DNA from: a plasmid
Length of the DNA: 64,000 bases
Strand: one strand, 5' to 3'
Sequence record: NZ_CP145666.1
The notes under the pieces were generated by a model. It was not told the DNA's origin and ran no database searches. It saw only the letters and a list, made by a program, of their open reading frames with translations. The position numbers and the translations under genes are program-made. Positions 28,346 to 37,251 of this stretch are shown piece by piece; within the stretch, counting starts at the first letter, position 1, and each line of letters opens with the position of its first letter.

Positions 28346-29188
28346 ATGACAGACTTCATTGATAAACTGGCAGCGAATGGTGTGGCCTTTACCCTTCAGG
28401 ACGGACGAATCATCGTTGAAGGCGATCTTCGTGTCGGGTTTACGCTTGAGCCAGAAGATCCGGCAATTCCCTGCGACTATATTCCCGCGAATCTGACCGT
28501 GACGAACACCCTGACCATTCTGTCGGGCATTCATAGCATCCCTGCCGGGCTGGTGGCCCGCAATCTGTTTATCAGCTACTCTGAGCTGGAATCTCTCCCT
28601 GACAACCTGACCATTACCGGTACGCTCATGGCGAATTCTTCACGTCTTAAGTATCTGCCGGAAAATCTGACGGTGGGCCGCGTTCTGGACATCATGTGTA
28701 CTGATATCGCCTATCTGCCGGATACGCTGAAAGTAGCTGGCAGTATGATGCTGTCAAACACCCGTATTACCACTTTGCCGGATAACCTGCATCTTGAAGA
28801 AAATCTGGCCCTCGAAGCCATGCCGTTGCAAGCGTTGCCAAAAAACCTGAAAGTGGGCCACAGCCTGTATCTGGATGCTGTGGCTCTGAAGCGGATCCCT
28901 GAGTGTATATCGTGCCCCGTGATTAACCTGGTTAACCCTGGTAATTTTGAAAATGTCGCGTCAGTCACCGGTATCGGCGGAAAGCCTAACCGCCATGTCT
29001 ATGCGCTACGTACAGCGCTTGGCGTTCGCGTATGCATGTACGATTTGTCTGTAGACCCGGAAATATTTGGTCTGCTGGTACGTGGCATCTATGATGAACC
29101 CACGGCTGAACTACTTGATAAGGCCGCACAACAATGTATTCAGCGTCTGGAGGATATGTATGCTTCTGAAAACGCAGTTCGGCACTGA
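28346..29188 (+). CDS. leucine-rich-repeat-like protein (7 x 19-20-aa LPxNLxVxxxLxL repeats)
   Basis: Tandem repeats IPANLTV.../LPDNLTITG.../LPENLTVGR.../LPDTLKVAG.../LPDNLHLEE.../LPKNLKVGH... Confidence 0.55.
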   Translation: MTDFIDKLAANGVAFTLQDGRIIVEGDLRVGFTLEPEDPAIPCDYIPANLTVTNTLTILSGIHSIPAGLVARNLFISYSELESLPDNLTITGTLMANSSRLKYLPENLTVGRVLDIMCTDIAYLPDTLKVAGSMMLSNTRITTLPDNLHLEENLALEAMPLQALPKNLKVGHSLYLDAVALKRIPECISCPVINLVNPGNFENVASVTGIGGKPNRHVYALRTALGVRVCMYDLSVDPEIFGLLVRGIYDEPTAELLDKAAQQCIQRLEDMYASENAVRH

Positions 29189-29438
29189 CTCGGGTATGAT
29201 TTATACCCGGAAGGTGTATCTGCATTACACCGACACTGACGGGCATTCACGCAGCAAGCTGATAAAAGGTTACTACTACCCGGGCGAAGTCCCGGTTGAG
29301 TCGTTTTCAGAGCGGGCACTTGCTCCTGGTATGCGCCAGCTGTTGAGTTGCCGCTGCGGCGCAATAAACTGGGTCGCAACTGGTGGTATCAACGAATACC
29401 AATGTGACTGCTGCGCAAAGGAAATAACCGTTTACTGA
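29160..29438 (+). CDS. Zn-ribbon protein (92 aa); paralogue of the 10316 gene
   Basis: CRCGAINW...NEYQCDCC; GGAGGA RBS; overlaps the upstream gene end. Confidence 0.5.
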   Translation: MLLKTQFGTDSGMIYTRKVYLHYTDTDGHSRSKLIKGYYYPGEVPVESFSERALAPGMRQLLSCRCGAINWVATGGINEYQCDCCAKEITVY

Positions 29439-29497
29439 CGGTCTGCACGGGGATACCGTTCGACCGGCATACCCATGACAATAAGAGCAGGTGCTAA

Positions 29498-29941
29498 ATG
29501 ACAAAAGAAGAATCACAATTTTATGCTGGTGCAATCTGGGCCGCATCGACCATTTACCGGATGCATTCTGACTCGGTGGTAGCGAAAGATTTTCTCCGTG
29601 AAATTAACGATCTGGATGTGGCAGCAAAATGTGGTGCTGAGTACGACGTTCTCCCATTACGCCTGTTTGTTTTGCGCGATTTACCATTGGGCCACGATGC
29701 GGATTATGAAGCCATCAGCTTCGGGCCGGTAGACCGTCACGGCAATATCATCTGCGATCACTCTCAGACTTCGGTCACCGATATCTCCGGCCAGCGAGCG
29801 TATGGGGTTTATGCCCGCCGTGCGGGTGAGTCGAATCTGACGCTCATCGACAATCTTGATGATGAAGAAGAAGCCGAACCACTGGCGAAGGTGCTGGCTG
29901 AACAGCTCCAGCAAATCAAAGAAGGTCGCTACGATATTTAA
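29498..29941 (+). CDS. hypothetical acidic protein (147 aa)
   Basis: ORF with RBS. Confidence 0.5.
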   Translation: MTKEESQFYAGAIWAASTIYRMHSDSVVAKDFLREINDLDVAAKCGAEYDVLPLRLFVLRDLPLGHDADYEAISFGPVDRHGNIICDHSQTSVTDISGQRAYGVYARRAGESNLTLIDNLDDEEEAEPLAKVLAEQLQQIKEGRYDI

Positions 29942-29973
29942 GCGTTAGACCACGTACTGCTGGTGGCAATACA

Positions 29974-29998
29974 CTGGCGATTAAGGGGGTTAAGTGAC
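29974..29998 (-). repeat. lone inverted copy of the 25-bp core of the par-associated 61-bp repeat
   Basis: CTGGCGATTAAGGGGGTTAAGTGAC is the reverse complement of the core at 33880-34242. Confidence 0.6.
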
Positions 29999-30154
29999 TT
30001 AAATGATCCACTGACCTGTCTGTGTAAAGCCTGTTTATCCCAAAGCCGTCTGGTTCACCAGGCGGTTTTTTTATGCCCGGAATAGCAAGCACAACACAAA
30101 ACGAAACCGATATTATCTTTCTGAAAATACAGGGCTTTTTATGCCCTGGTTTTC

Positions 30155-30165
30155 TTCGTCACCTG
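30155..30165 (+). promoter_or_regulatory. promoter-motif copy (TTCGTCACCTG) after a terminator hairpin
   Basis: A CAGGGC-TTTTTAT-GCCCTG hairpin at 30131-30149 precedes it. Confidence 0.4.
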
Positions 30166-30227
30166 AGTCACTCACCAGATACTGGATACAGAAGCCACAA
30201 CATGTAACCCGTTATCAGGAGCGACCC

Positions 30228-30392
30228 ATGAAAGCACAAGCTGTTCGTAATCACTCTTTTGGCTCACTGAAGCTCAGCGCAAGCAATGCGGCAGCAGCCG
30301 CGCTGGCGCACCCGGTAACCCATTTCTTCATGCTGTTCGCCATCGTGATGTACCTGGTCTATGGCGGTGTAGTACTCGGCATTAAGCCGTAG
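30228..30392 (+). CDS. small membrane protein (54 aa)
   Basis: AGGAG RBS; one TM segment. Confidence 0.45.
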   Translation: MKAQAVRNHSFGSLKLSASNAAAAALAHPVTHFFMLFAIVMYLVYGGVVLGIKP

Positions 30393-30577
30393 CATTCCCT
30401 GTGGCCGGTCGCCCAACCGGCTTTGCCTCCAACCCTTCTGGAGGTAGTTGTTAACTTCCCCGGTAAACCGGGGATTTTTTTACCCGTAGTTCCAGCGTTC
30501 GCCACTGGAGCTAAAACCCACCAGAGCGAATTCCGTAACATAAGCGCTTCTTCTACGTCCGATCAGTACCTTACCCT

Positions 30578-31003
30578 ATGAGCAACCCGTCACACTCTGC
30601 TAGCCTTCCTCCCGGAATGAACGACACTCTGATGTCCCTATATATCGAACCGGATATGCCTGGTATCGATGATCTCGTTATAACAATTATTCGGCTTCGG
30701 CGTGAGGGCTGGACAGCATCTGAACTGACTTTCCGTATACTTTCGTCAGTTGCATATCAGGTGATTCCTCCAGAGGCGTTTACCGACCCTAAGCATCACC
30801 TCCTGAAAGAGTATGTCAGTTTGTCCCGTGAGTTCGGCCTAGTAAGCGGGGCAAGACATAATGCTCACCTCCGTGGTGTCATTCGCAGAGGGATAATGTC
30901 GGGAATAGATAGAGCAGAGGTAATACGCCGCGTTCTTTTCTCCCCGCACTATTCAGAACATGAGGAAGATAACCAATCTGATTCGTTCCCTCGTTCGTCG
31001 TAA
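30578..31003 (+). CDS. hypothetical protein (141 aa)
   Basis: ORF; weak RBS. Confidence 0.4.
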   Translation: MSNPSHSASLPPGMNDTLMSLYIEPDMPGIDDLVITIIRLRREGWTASELTFRILSSVAYQVIPPEAFTDPKHHLLKEYVSLSREFGLVSGARHNAHLRGVIRRGIMSGIDRAEVIRRVLFSPHYSEHEEDNQSDSFPRSS

Positions 31004-31802
31004 CAACCGGGTGGCATTAACGCTTTTTCCCCGAATGTTCCGGTACAAAGCCTTTGGCGTGGTTGAAACAGGATCTGGTTATCCGCGACGGCCTGAACAT
31101 CAGGAATCCAAAGTTTGTCTACTGGCAGGATATCTCAGAGTCCAGGAAGAAATTCGTGCTTCTCAGGCCCGTCTGGCTTTACTAAATACTGAAATCGAAA
31201 AGGAGAATGCTCAGGAGTACGCACGTAACAAAATTCCGGCATCACGGTTGGCTCACTTCAGGCTCTGGTTCACTCGCCGATTTGGTAATGACACATCCCG
31301 TTTGATTGAGTCCGTGGACACCTACTGCGAGGAGCAGAATCCAGTAATGGATGAGCAACCGGCTGTATTGCCATTACCACGCGGTCACCTCCCCCATGCA
31401 GATATCCGTATGCGCTCCCCGAGCTTCCGCCGAGAGGTTAGCGTTCGCGATGTGCATGTCCAGTCTCAGTTCCGTGAGTTGGTGGATAAGAATTTCGGAA
31501 GCCTGTGCGCGGTATCGGGCAAACACCTCAACGGTGTGCTGGAGGCAGCACATATTGAACCAACATCCGTAGCAGGCTGCTATAACGCCAGTAACGGCAT
31601 TTTGCTATCACCAACATTCCACAGGCTGTTTGACACAAACATGATGGGTATTGATCCTGATACACTACAGATTCACTTCGCCAGCGGTATAGAGTTCCCT
31701 GAGTATGAAGGGGTCTGTATAAAACCGTTGTTCTACAATCTGGATAAAAACAGGCTCGGGGCAAGATGGCTTGAATTTAAAGTGAAATCACCTGCGGAGT
31801 AA
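30960..31802 (+). CDS. HNH-nuclease-domain protein; paralogue of the 58813 gene
   Basis: VSGKHLNGVLEAAHIEP...SNGILLSPTFHRLFD matches the HNH pattern in the 58813 ORF (C..AHLIEH...NGLWL..DIHRLYD); start uncertain. Confidence 0.55.
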   Translation: MRKITNLIRSLVRRNNRVALTLFPRMFRYKAFGVVETGSGYPRRPEHQESKVCLLAGYLRVQEEIRASQARLALLNTEIEKENAQEYARNKIPASRLAHFRLWFTRRFGNDTSRLIESVDTYCEEQNPVMDEQPAVLPLPRGHLPHADIRMRSPSFRREVSVRDVHVQSQFRELVDKNFGSLCAVSGKHLNGVLEAAHIEPTSVAGCYNASNGILLSPTFHRLFDTNMMGIDPDTLQIHFASGIEFPEYEGVCIKPLFYNLDKNRLGARWLEFKVKSPAE

Positions 31803-32223
31803 GCCCTCTCCCCTCTTCCATCTCCCTGCCCTATCCAATCTATTTATTGGAAAGGCATAGCAGCATGGAGATAAGTAGCACACAAGTAACTCACCGATAA
31901 TTCACATAAAAACCATATCAAAACAAATCAATCAGTTTATCGCATTTCCTAGCGCACTTTTAATTCACATTTTATGGACTTTTAATCCAATCCTCTCCTG
32001 TTCACTTTGAATTTAAGTGATATCAGTGAATGATAAGGTACGAATAATTCACTAAATAACAACTATGTAAATTCAACAGCATAAAAACCAGAGCGCTATC
32101 TTCGGACTGGTTCCAGTAATTGATGGTTTGAGTCCGGCCCGCATGTCATACTGATTTATATCTTTCGTGTAGCCCTGCGGTAGGCACGATTTCATCCCAA
32201 TACATCCAGTGGCATGTGACTAT

Positions 32224-32475
32224 ATGATCGACCAAGCAGAGTTAATGAAGAGTGTTTTAGCGGTTCTGCAAGCCAGAAACGTGTCATTATCAGAGAGCCC
32301 TACGCGAATTCTGATGATGCTTCCAACACGGTTACGCGTGAATGTCACTGTAATCGATGCTCAAAATGAACCGTTAACCGCGACACTGATGCTGGATCAG
32401 GAAGGTCAAGTGACCTGTAAGCTGGCAACAGACCCCGCTGATACCGTCGTTGATATCAGTCGATATAGAGTATGA
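32224..32475 (+). CDS. hypothetical protein (~83 aa)
   Basis: ORF; start uncertain because the track start is a GTG. Confidence 0.35.
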   Translation: MIDQAELMKSVLAVLQARNVSLSESPTRILMMLPTRLRVNVTVIDAQNEPLTATLMLDQEGQVTCKLATDPADTVVDISRYRV

Positions 32476-32870
32476 TTTAAATCTTCGCGTTCCAGCCAGC
32501 CGTTCCCAGCTTCGTTGTAGAATATTGCAATAAGCCAATCCCCAGCCAGCCCTGTAATGTAACCGAAGAAAATCGTGCGCAATGCGCACGTAAAAATGTC
32601 TGCCCGCCACGCGGGCAATCGCCGTCCAAAAGCTTCGCTCTCAAGCGAAGCAGGCACGACATGTAAATTCGAATAGAGCCCTCACGGGGCGATTAGGCGA
32701 ATTCGCGGCCCGCTAGGGCAAAGTCTCAAAGCGTATGGGGGTTAACACCCCCAAAACGCTGTGGAGACTGTTGTGGCTTTTCGGAACTACGATCCCGAAG
32801 TACTGACTAAGGGTTGCGGCTGCCACCAGCCCGGCTATCAGGCGACCCAACAATTATTTCTCCGTATCAC

Positions 32871-32881
32871 TTCGTCACCTG
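32871..32881 (+). promoter_or_regulatory. promoter-motif copy (TTCGTCACCTG)
   Basis: Upstream of the gene at 32931. Confidence 0.4.
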
Positions 32882-32930
32882 CTCAAGGTGATTGAAAATA
32901 GAATCACAATTAGAAAGCGGGGAACACACA

Positions 32931-33452
32931 ATGAACACTCAGACAAGAATCAAATTGAAAGGCCTCAAAATCTATACTGGCATGAGCCAGGAAACAGTCT
33001 GCTTTAACGCTACTGTCCTCTTCGACGGGCTGAGCATAGGTACAGCTGATAATGATGGGCATGGTGGCGAAACTCGCGTACTGTTCGAACCAGGAAAAAA
33101 AGAGCTGTTCCGCCAGGCCGAATCATATGCGAAGGGTCTTCTGCCAATCTGCCTTGGCGAACACAATGGCAAGCCATTTCTCATAGACTCAAACCTGATT
33201 GAAGTAATCGACCAGCTTGTCAGTGACGAGGAGCGTAACCGGAAAACTAAATCAAGTTTCAAGAAGGTTTACCGCAAGAAAATCTGCGTCTTACGCGAAG
33301 GTAGACTTTGGACAGTGGGCTACAAAAGCCAGGCTCAATACGCTTCATACATCGCACAAATCAAAAAAGAACATGGCCCTGATATCGTTATCCTGGACGA
33401 TTTGGAACATGATGAAGCTTTCGAGCTGTACAGTAAGCACTTATACGCCTGA
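32931..33452 (+). CDS. hypothetical protein (173 aa)
   Basis: GCGGGG RBS; the track start is a TTG. Confidence 0.5.
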   Translation: MNTQTRIKLKGLKIYTGMSQETVCFNATVLFDGLSIGTADNDGHGGETRVLFEPGKKELFRQAESYAKGLLPICLGEHNGKPFLIDSNLIEVIDQLVSDEERNRKTKSSFKKVYRKKICVLREGRLWTVGYKSQAQYASYIAQIKKEHGPDIVILDDLEHDEAFELYSKHLYA

Positions 33453-33498
33453 CCATCAAGCGTGGTAGAATTGGATAATTCTAGCGCAGAGGATCACT

Positions 33499-33768
33499 AT
33501 GAAAGTTAAAGAGCTTATCGCCCAGCTTCAGCTACACGACCCTGATGCTGTTGTCGTAATTGCCGGATTTGAAACCCAGAGTACTGGACTGGTTGCCGAG
33601 GCCGATACTATTAAAGAATGCGTGACAGTTCCTGTCCAAGCGGACAGCATGACGGGTGACCGTTCGTTGGCAAAGGAGGGTTCACCTTCTGTCTGGTTGG
33701 GATGGGGGAATGATTACCGCACGGAGTTCTTCGTTAGTGCCATCAACGACCCGGACGAATTAGCCTAA
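33499..33768 (+). CDS. hypothetical protein (89 aa)
   Basis: CAGAGGA RBS; terminator downstream. Confidence 0.5.
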   Translation: MKVKELIAQLQLHDPDAVVVIAGFETQSTGLVAEADTIKECVTVPVQADSMTGDRSLAKEGSPSVWLGWGNDYRTEFFVSAINDPDELA

Positions 33769-33786
33769 CTATATCGAATACCCAAG

Positions 33787-33812
33787 AGCCTCTACTTCAG
33801 AGGCTTTTTTAT
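33787..33812 (+). terminator. rho-independent terminator
   Basis: AGCCTCT-ACTTC-AGAGGCT stem-loop followed by T6. Confidence 0.6.
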
Positions 33813-33879
33813 TTGATGGGTCTTACGGGAAACCTTGTCATTCATTTACCAATAGTTGCAGGGCGTATCCTCCAGCGCT

Positions 33880-34242
33880 AAGTCACTTAACCCCCTTAAT
33901 CGCCAGCCAGCATCTCCGGGTTCTGCCCGACCCGTGGATTACTTAACACCCTTAATCGCCAGTCAGCCTCTCCGGGTTCTGCCCGTACCGTGGGTCACTT
34001 AACCCCCTTAATCGCCAGCCAGCCTCTCCGGTTTCTGCCCGTACAGTGGGTCACTTAACCCCCTTAATCGCCAGCCAGCCTCTCCGGTTTCTGCCCGTAC
34101 AGTGGGTCACTTAACCCCCTTAATCGCCAGCCAGCATCTCCGGGTTCTGCCCGACCCGTGGGTTACTTAACCCCCTTAATCGCCAGTCAGTCTCTCCGGG
34201 TTCTGCCCGCCCCGTGGATTACTTAACCCCCTTAATCGCCAG
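33880..34242 (+). repeat. ~6.4 tandem copies of a 61-bp repeat just upstream of parA (candidate centromere or operator array)
   Basis: GTCACTTAACCCCCTTAATCGCCAGCCAGC(A/C)TCTCCGG(G/T)TTCTGCCCG..GTGG repeated head-to-tail with a few substitutions. Confidence 0.7.
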
Positions 34243-34422
34243 AAGAGAAAGATGATGTGTCATTGAACTGCATTTCGAGATCGCAAAATGAAGAAAAAAC
34301 AAAATAGAATGTTAGCGTCTCAATCTGATTGCCGTTACAATTATACGCATAGAGCGTCATTTTACGCATTATACGTAAAGTATACGCATATGCGTTTAAA
34401 TTCATAATTCAGGTTTGAGGGT

Positions 34423-35685
34423 ATGACGAGAATGAATCTAATAGATAAAATTGCCCTTGTCGGGCAACGCATGAAGTCCGAACAAATTTCATTGAAAGAA
34501 TCGTTACTGGCTTCTTCCCGGGTATCTGTATCAGATGACAGTGTGGAGGGGGTAGATCGCCTTATCTATAACCACTGCCTGAATAAAAAAAATCTCTCCG
34601 ACTTCTTTGGAAAATCTCGAGTTACCTTCAATAAAATTCTCGCTGATCTCGAAGAAAAAAGGCTGGTGGGTCAACCTATTTATCAGAACAAAAACCACCT
34701 TTATACCCGCTGGGATGTCCAGAATATTATGGATGCCCTGGGTTATCCGCGCTATAGAGATTACTACCAGAGCCGAACAATCATTGTTCAGAATCATAAA
34801 GGTGGGACAGGAAAAAGCACGACCTCAGTGGCTCTGGCTGTAGCAGCAGCACTTGATCTCCAGTTGAATGCCAGAGTTTTAGTAATTGAATGGGATCCGC
34901 AAGGCTCTATTGGTAGCGGTATGATTCAAAGCGTATCTGAAGACGACGTATTCCTGACTGCAATCGACGCAATCCTGGGCGTGTATGAAGAAGGTTCTGA
35001 ATATAAAAAATACCTCGACATGGGTTACTCTGAGGCTGAAATCATTGAGAATATGCCGTTCTCAACCCATCTGCCAAATCTTGATGTAATTACTGCGTTC
35101 CCAACCGATGCGAGATTCAAAGATAAATACTGGCAGTGCAGTAAAGAAGAGCGCACTCAGTTGTTGCTACGATTCAAAGAAGTGATAATGCCAGTCCTGA
35201 AAGCTAAGTATGACCTTATTATCTTCGATACCCCTCCAGAAGACTCGCCAATTATCTGGGCCGCTGATGAGGCCGCTGACGGTATTCTTGTCGCAGTTTC
35301 TCCGCGAGAATACGACTATGCATCCACAACTGATTTTATGCTGACGATCAGTGAGCGATTCCGTCAGTCTCCCAATAAAGGTGAAAATATTAAATGGTTT
35401 AAAGTACTGGCCGTTAACGTCGATGATAAAAGCCCATACGAAAAAATAGTCCTCGATAAGTTAATTCGAACCGTTCAAGACCTGTTTATGGCAACCAATA
35501 TCAAAAACTCTGAAGCATTCAAAGCAGCTGCGTCACGGGGTAGGTCGGTTCTCGATATTAAGAAATCTGAAGAGTTATGTTCACCAAAGCAGCTGGATAT
35601 TGCCGAAGAATCCGTAATGTCCGTATATCAACAGTTTATTAATGAGATAAAGAGTTTTTCAGCGAAGGAAGGAGTTAACGCATGA
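34423..35685 (+). CDS. parA: ParA/SopA-family partition ATPase, type Ia
   Basis: Deviant Walker A HKGGTGKSTTSVALA; about 400 aa with an N-terminal extension; parB follows with a 4-nt overlap. Confidence 0.9.
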   Translation: MTRMNLIDKIALVGQRMKSEQISLKESLLASSRVSVSDDSVEGVDRLIYNHCLNKKNLSDFFGKSRVTFNKILADLEEKRLVGQPIYQNKNHLYTRWDVQNIMDALGYPRYRDYYQSRTIIVQNHKGGTGKSTTSVALAVAAALDLQLNARVLVIEWDPQGSIGSGMIQSVSEDDVFLTAIDAILGVYEEGSEYKKYLDMGYSEAEIIENMPFSTHLPNLDVITAFPTDARFKDKYWQCSKEERTQLLLRFKEVIMPVLKAKYDLIIFDTPPEDSPIIWAADEAADGILVAVSPREYDYASTTDFMLTISERFRQSPNKGENIKWFKVLAVNVDDKSPYEKIVLDKLIRTVQDLFMATNIKNSEAFKAAASRGRSVLDIKKSEELCSPKQLDIAEESVMSVYQQFINEIKSFSAKEGVNA

Positions 35686-36686
35686 GTGATGAACAGCATA
35701 TCGGAAACGATAAATCGCGTTATCTAAATACGCCAAAGCGAACCGATGTAGGCCACCGTTCCGGGTTAGCTAACCTTAAGAGTCCCCCTCGCATTAAGAA
35801 ACTCTTTACCCTTCATAACGGGCGAAAACTTGAAGCTGAGCACGTCACTGTAGCAGCTGAAAATGTCGCTACTGAGACCGCCGTTCACCCAATGAACCCG
35901 CGAAATCAGGAAGCGCTTACCACAAACGCAGTACGAGATATCCTGCAACAAATTGAGTCAAGGGGTGTTGATACTGAAGGTGTTGCCGTTAAACGTGATG
36001 GCGTGTACCTGCTTATTGAAGGTAGCCGCAGACGTTTTTGCTGTATTGCGGCTCAAAAAGATCTGCCTTTATGGGTGCTACCAGATGATCTATCAGCTGA
36101 GGACATCAAGGCGATTATTACCGCTGCACAAACATCACGCCGATTCTCATACCGAGAGGTTGGGCTTCAGTATCTGGAACTAATGCAGGAAAAAGGATTC
36201 ACCAAAAATGAAGAGCTTGCCCTCTTTCTTGGCATAAGCCATGTGTCAGTCTTTAAACGTATTCAGGCGGCGCGTATTGACGGTTCGTTGATAGCTCTGT
36301 TCCCGGATTATGAAGGTATACCAAACTCCTTCTACAGCCGGTTGTCCAAACTTCAGAAATACGTAGAGAGCAACCTTTTCATTCTTGCAGATGTAGTTGA
36401 TAGGGTGAAAGAAGAAATTGCTAATCTGGACATCAGTGACATCCCGGAAGCGCAGAAAATTGTCATGGCGCAGATCACAAAGGCGGTTGAATTACTCGAT
36501 CAAAAGCCACCTGCAAAAAGTTGGGAAACCCGTGATCTGGCTAATTTTGCTAATAAGGACAAATACGCCCGTATCAGCAAAAATGCATCAGGCCGTAAAG
36601 TTCGCTTTGAATTTAACCGAATGAGTACCGAGCTCATGGCAGAAATTGAAGCATTTATTACGGATAAACTGAGTAGCGAAAAATAA
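35682..36686 (+). CDS. parB: ParB/SopB-family partition protein
   Basis: GSRRRF ParB-box motif and HTH region; GAAGGAAGGAG RBS. Confidence 0.8.
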   Translation: MSDEQHIGNDKSRYLNTPKRTDVGHRSGLANLKSPPRIKKLFTLHNGRKLEAEHVTVAAENVATETAVHPMNPRNQEALTTNAVRDILQQIESRGVDTEGVAVKRDGVYLLIEGSRRRFCCIAAQKDLPLWVLPDDLSAEDIKAIITAAQTSRRFSYREVGLQYLELMQEKGFTKNEELALFLGISHVSVFKRIQAARIDGSLIALFPDYEGIPNSFYSRLSKLQKYVESNLFILADVVDRVKEEIANLDISDIPEAQKIVMAQITKAVELLDQKPPAKSWETRDLANFANKDKYARISKNASGRKVRFEFNRMSTELMAEIEAFITDKLSSEK

Positions 36687-36713
36687 CAATTCGCCATTGC
36701 TTGATTATCGAAA

Positions 36714-36740
36714 CTGCACCTCCTGGTGCAGTTTTTTTTT
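36714..36740 (+). terminator. rho-independent terminator after parB
   Basis: CTGCACC-TCCTG-GGTGCAG stem-loop followed by T9. Confidence 0.6.
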
Positions 36741-36809
36741 GGCCGCAAACCTATTCGTCAGGAGGAGACACCGGTTGATAATAGGAAAAAAACAGCTCAT
36801 GAGGTGGCT

Positions 36810-37211
36810 ATGCTTTCGGAAAAAATTGTAACCCTGTTTTCAAATGACGCATTAAAGCGTTTCACGATTCTTGAGGCTTACGCCGAGCTAAAACGTCAGG
36901 GTACTTTTAGCGTTTTCCTTTCGTTCATCGATCCTCGTACTGATTGTCTCGTAGAGGGTAACTTTCAATTCTACCCGAACCCCGTTAAGACCTACTCAAA
37001 CATGGGAGTATGCTATCTCACTGAACATCTTGGGCTAACGTTAAAAATCCCAAGCTCTATGGAATGGTGGGCTACACATGAAAAGTCAACATTTCATAAC
37101 CAAGACATCACCTATCTGAAGGAGGGTGAATACGTAAAGGCAACCATTAAACTGGAAATAGGCTCGCGGATCAGAGTTCCTAATGCGTTCGAAGTTGCCC
37201 CTTCCATGTGA
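36810..37211 (+). CDS. hypothetical protein (133 aa)
   Basis: GAGGTGG RBS; the track start at 36726 is a GTG inside the terminator. Confidence 0.45.
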   Translation: MLSEKIVTLFSNDALKRFTILEAYAELKRQGTFSVFLSFIDPRTDCLVEGNFQFYPNPVKTYSNMGVCYLTEHLGLTLKIPSSMEWWATHEKSTFHNQDITYLKEGEYVKATIKLEIGSRIRVPNAFEVAPSM

Positions 37212-37251
37212 ACTTAAGGCATATCAAAGTAAATTACTGACGAGGACGGCT

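Noticed and set aside
33880-34242. Possible CRISPR array
   Set aside because: The 61-bp units abut one another with no unique spacers, and no cas genes are present. This looks like a partition or operator repeat array instead.
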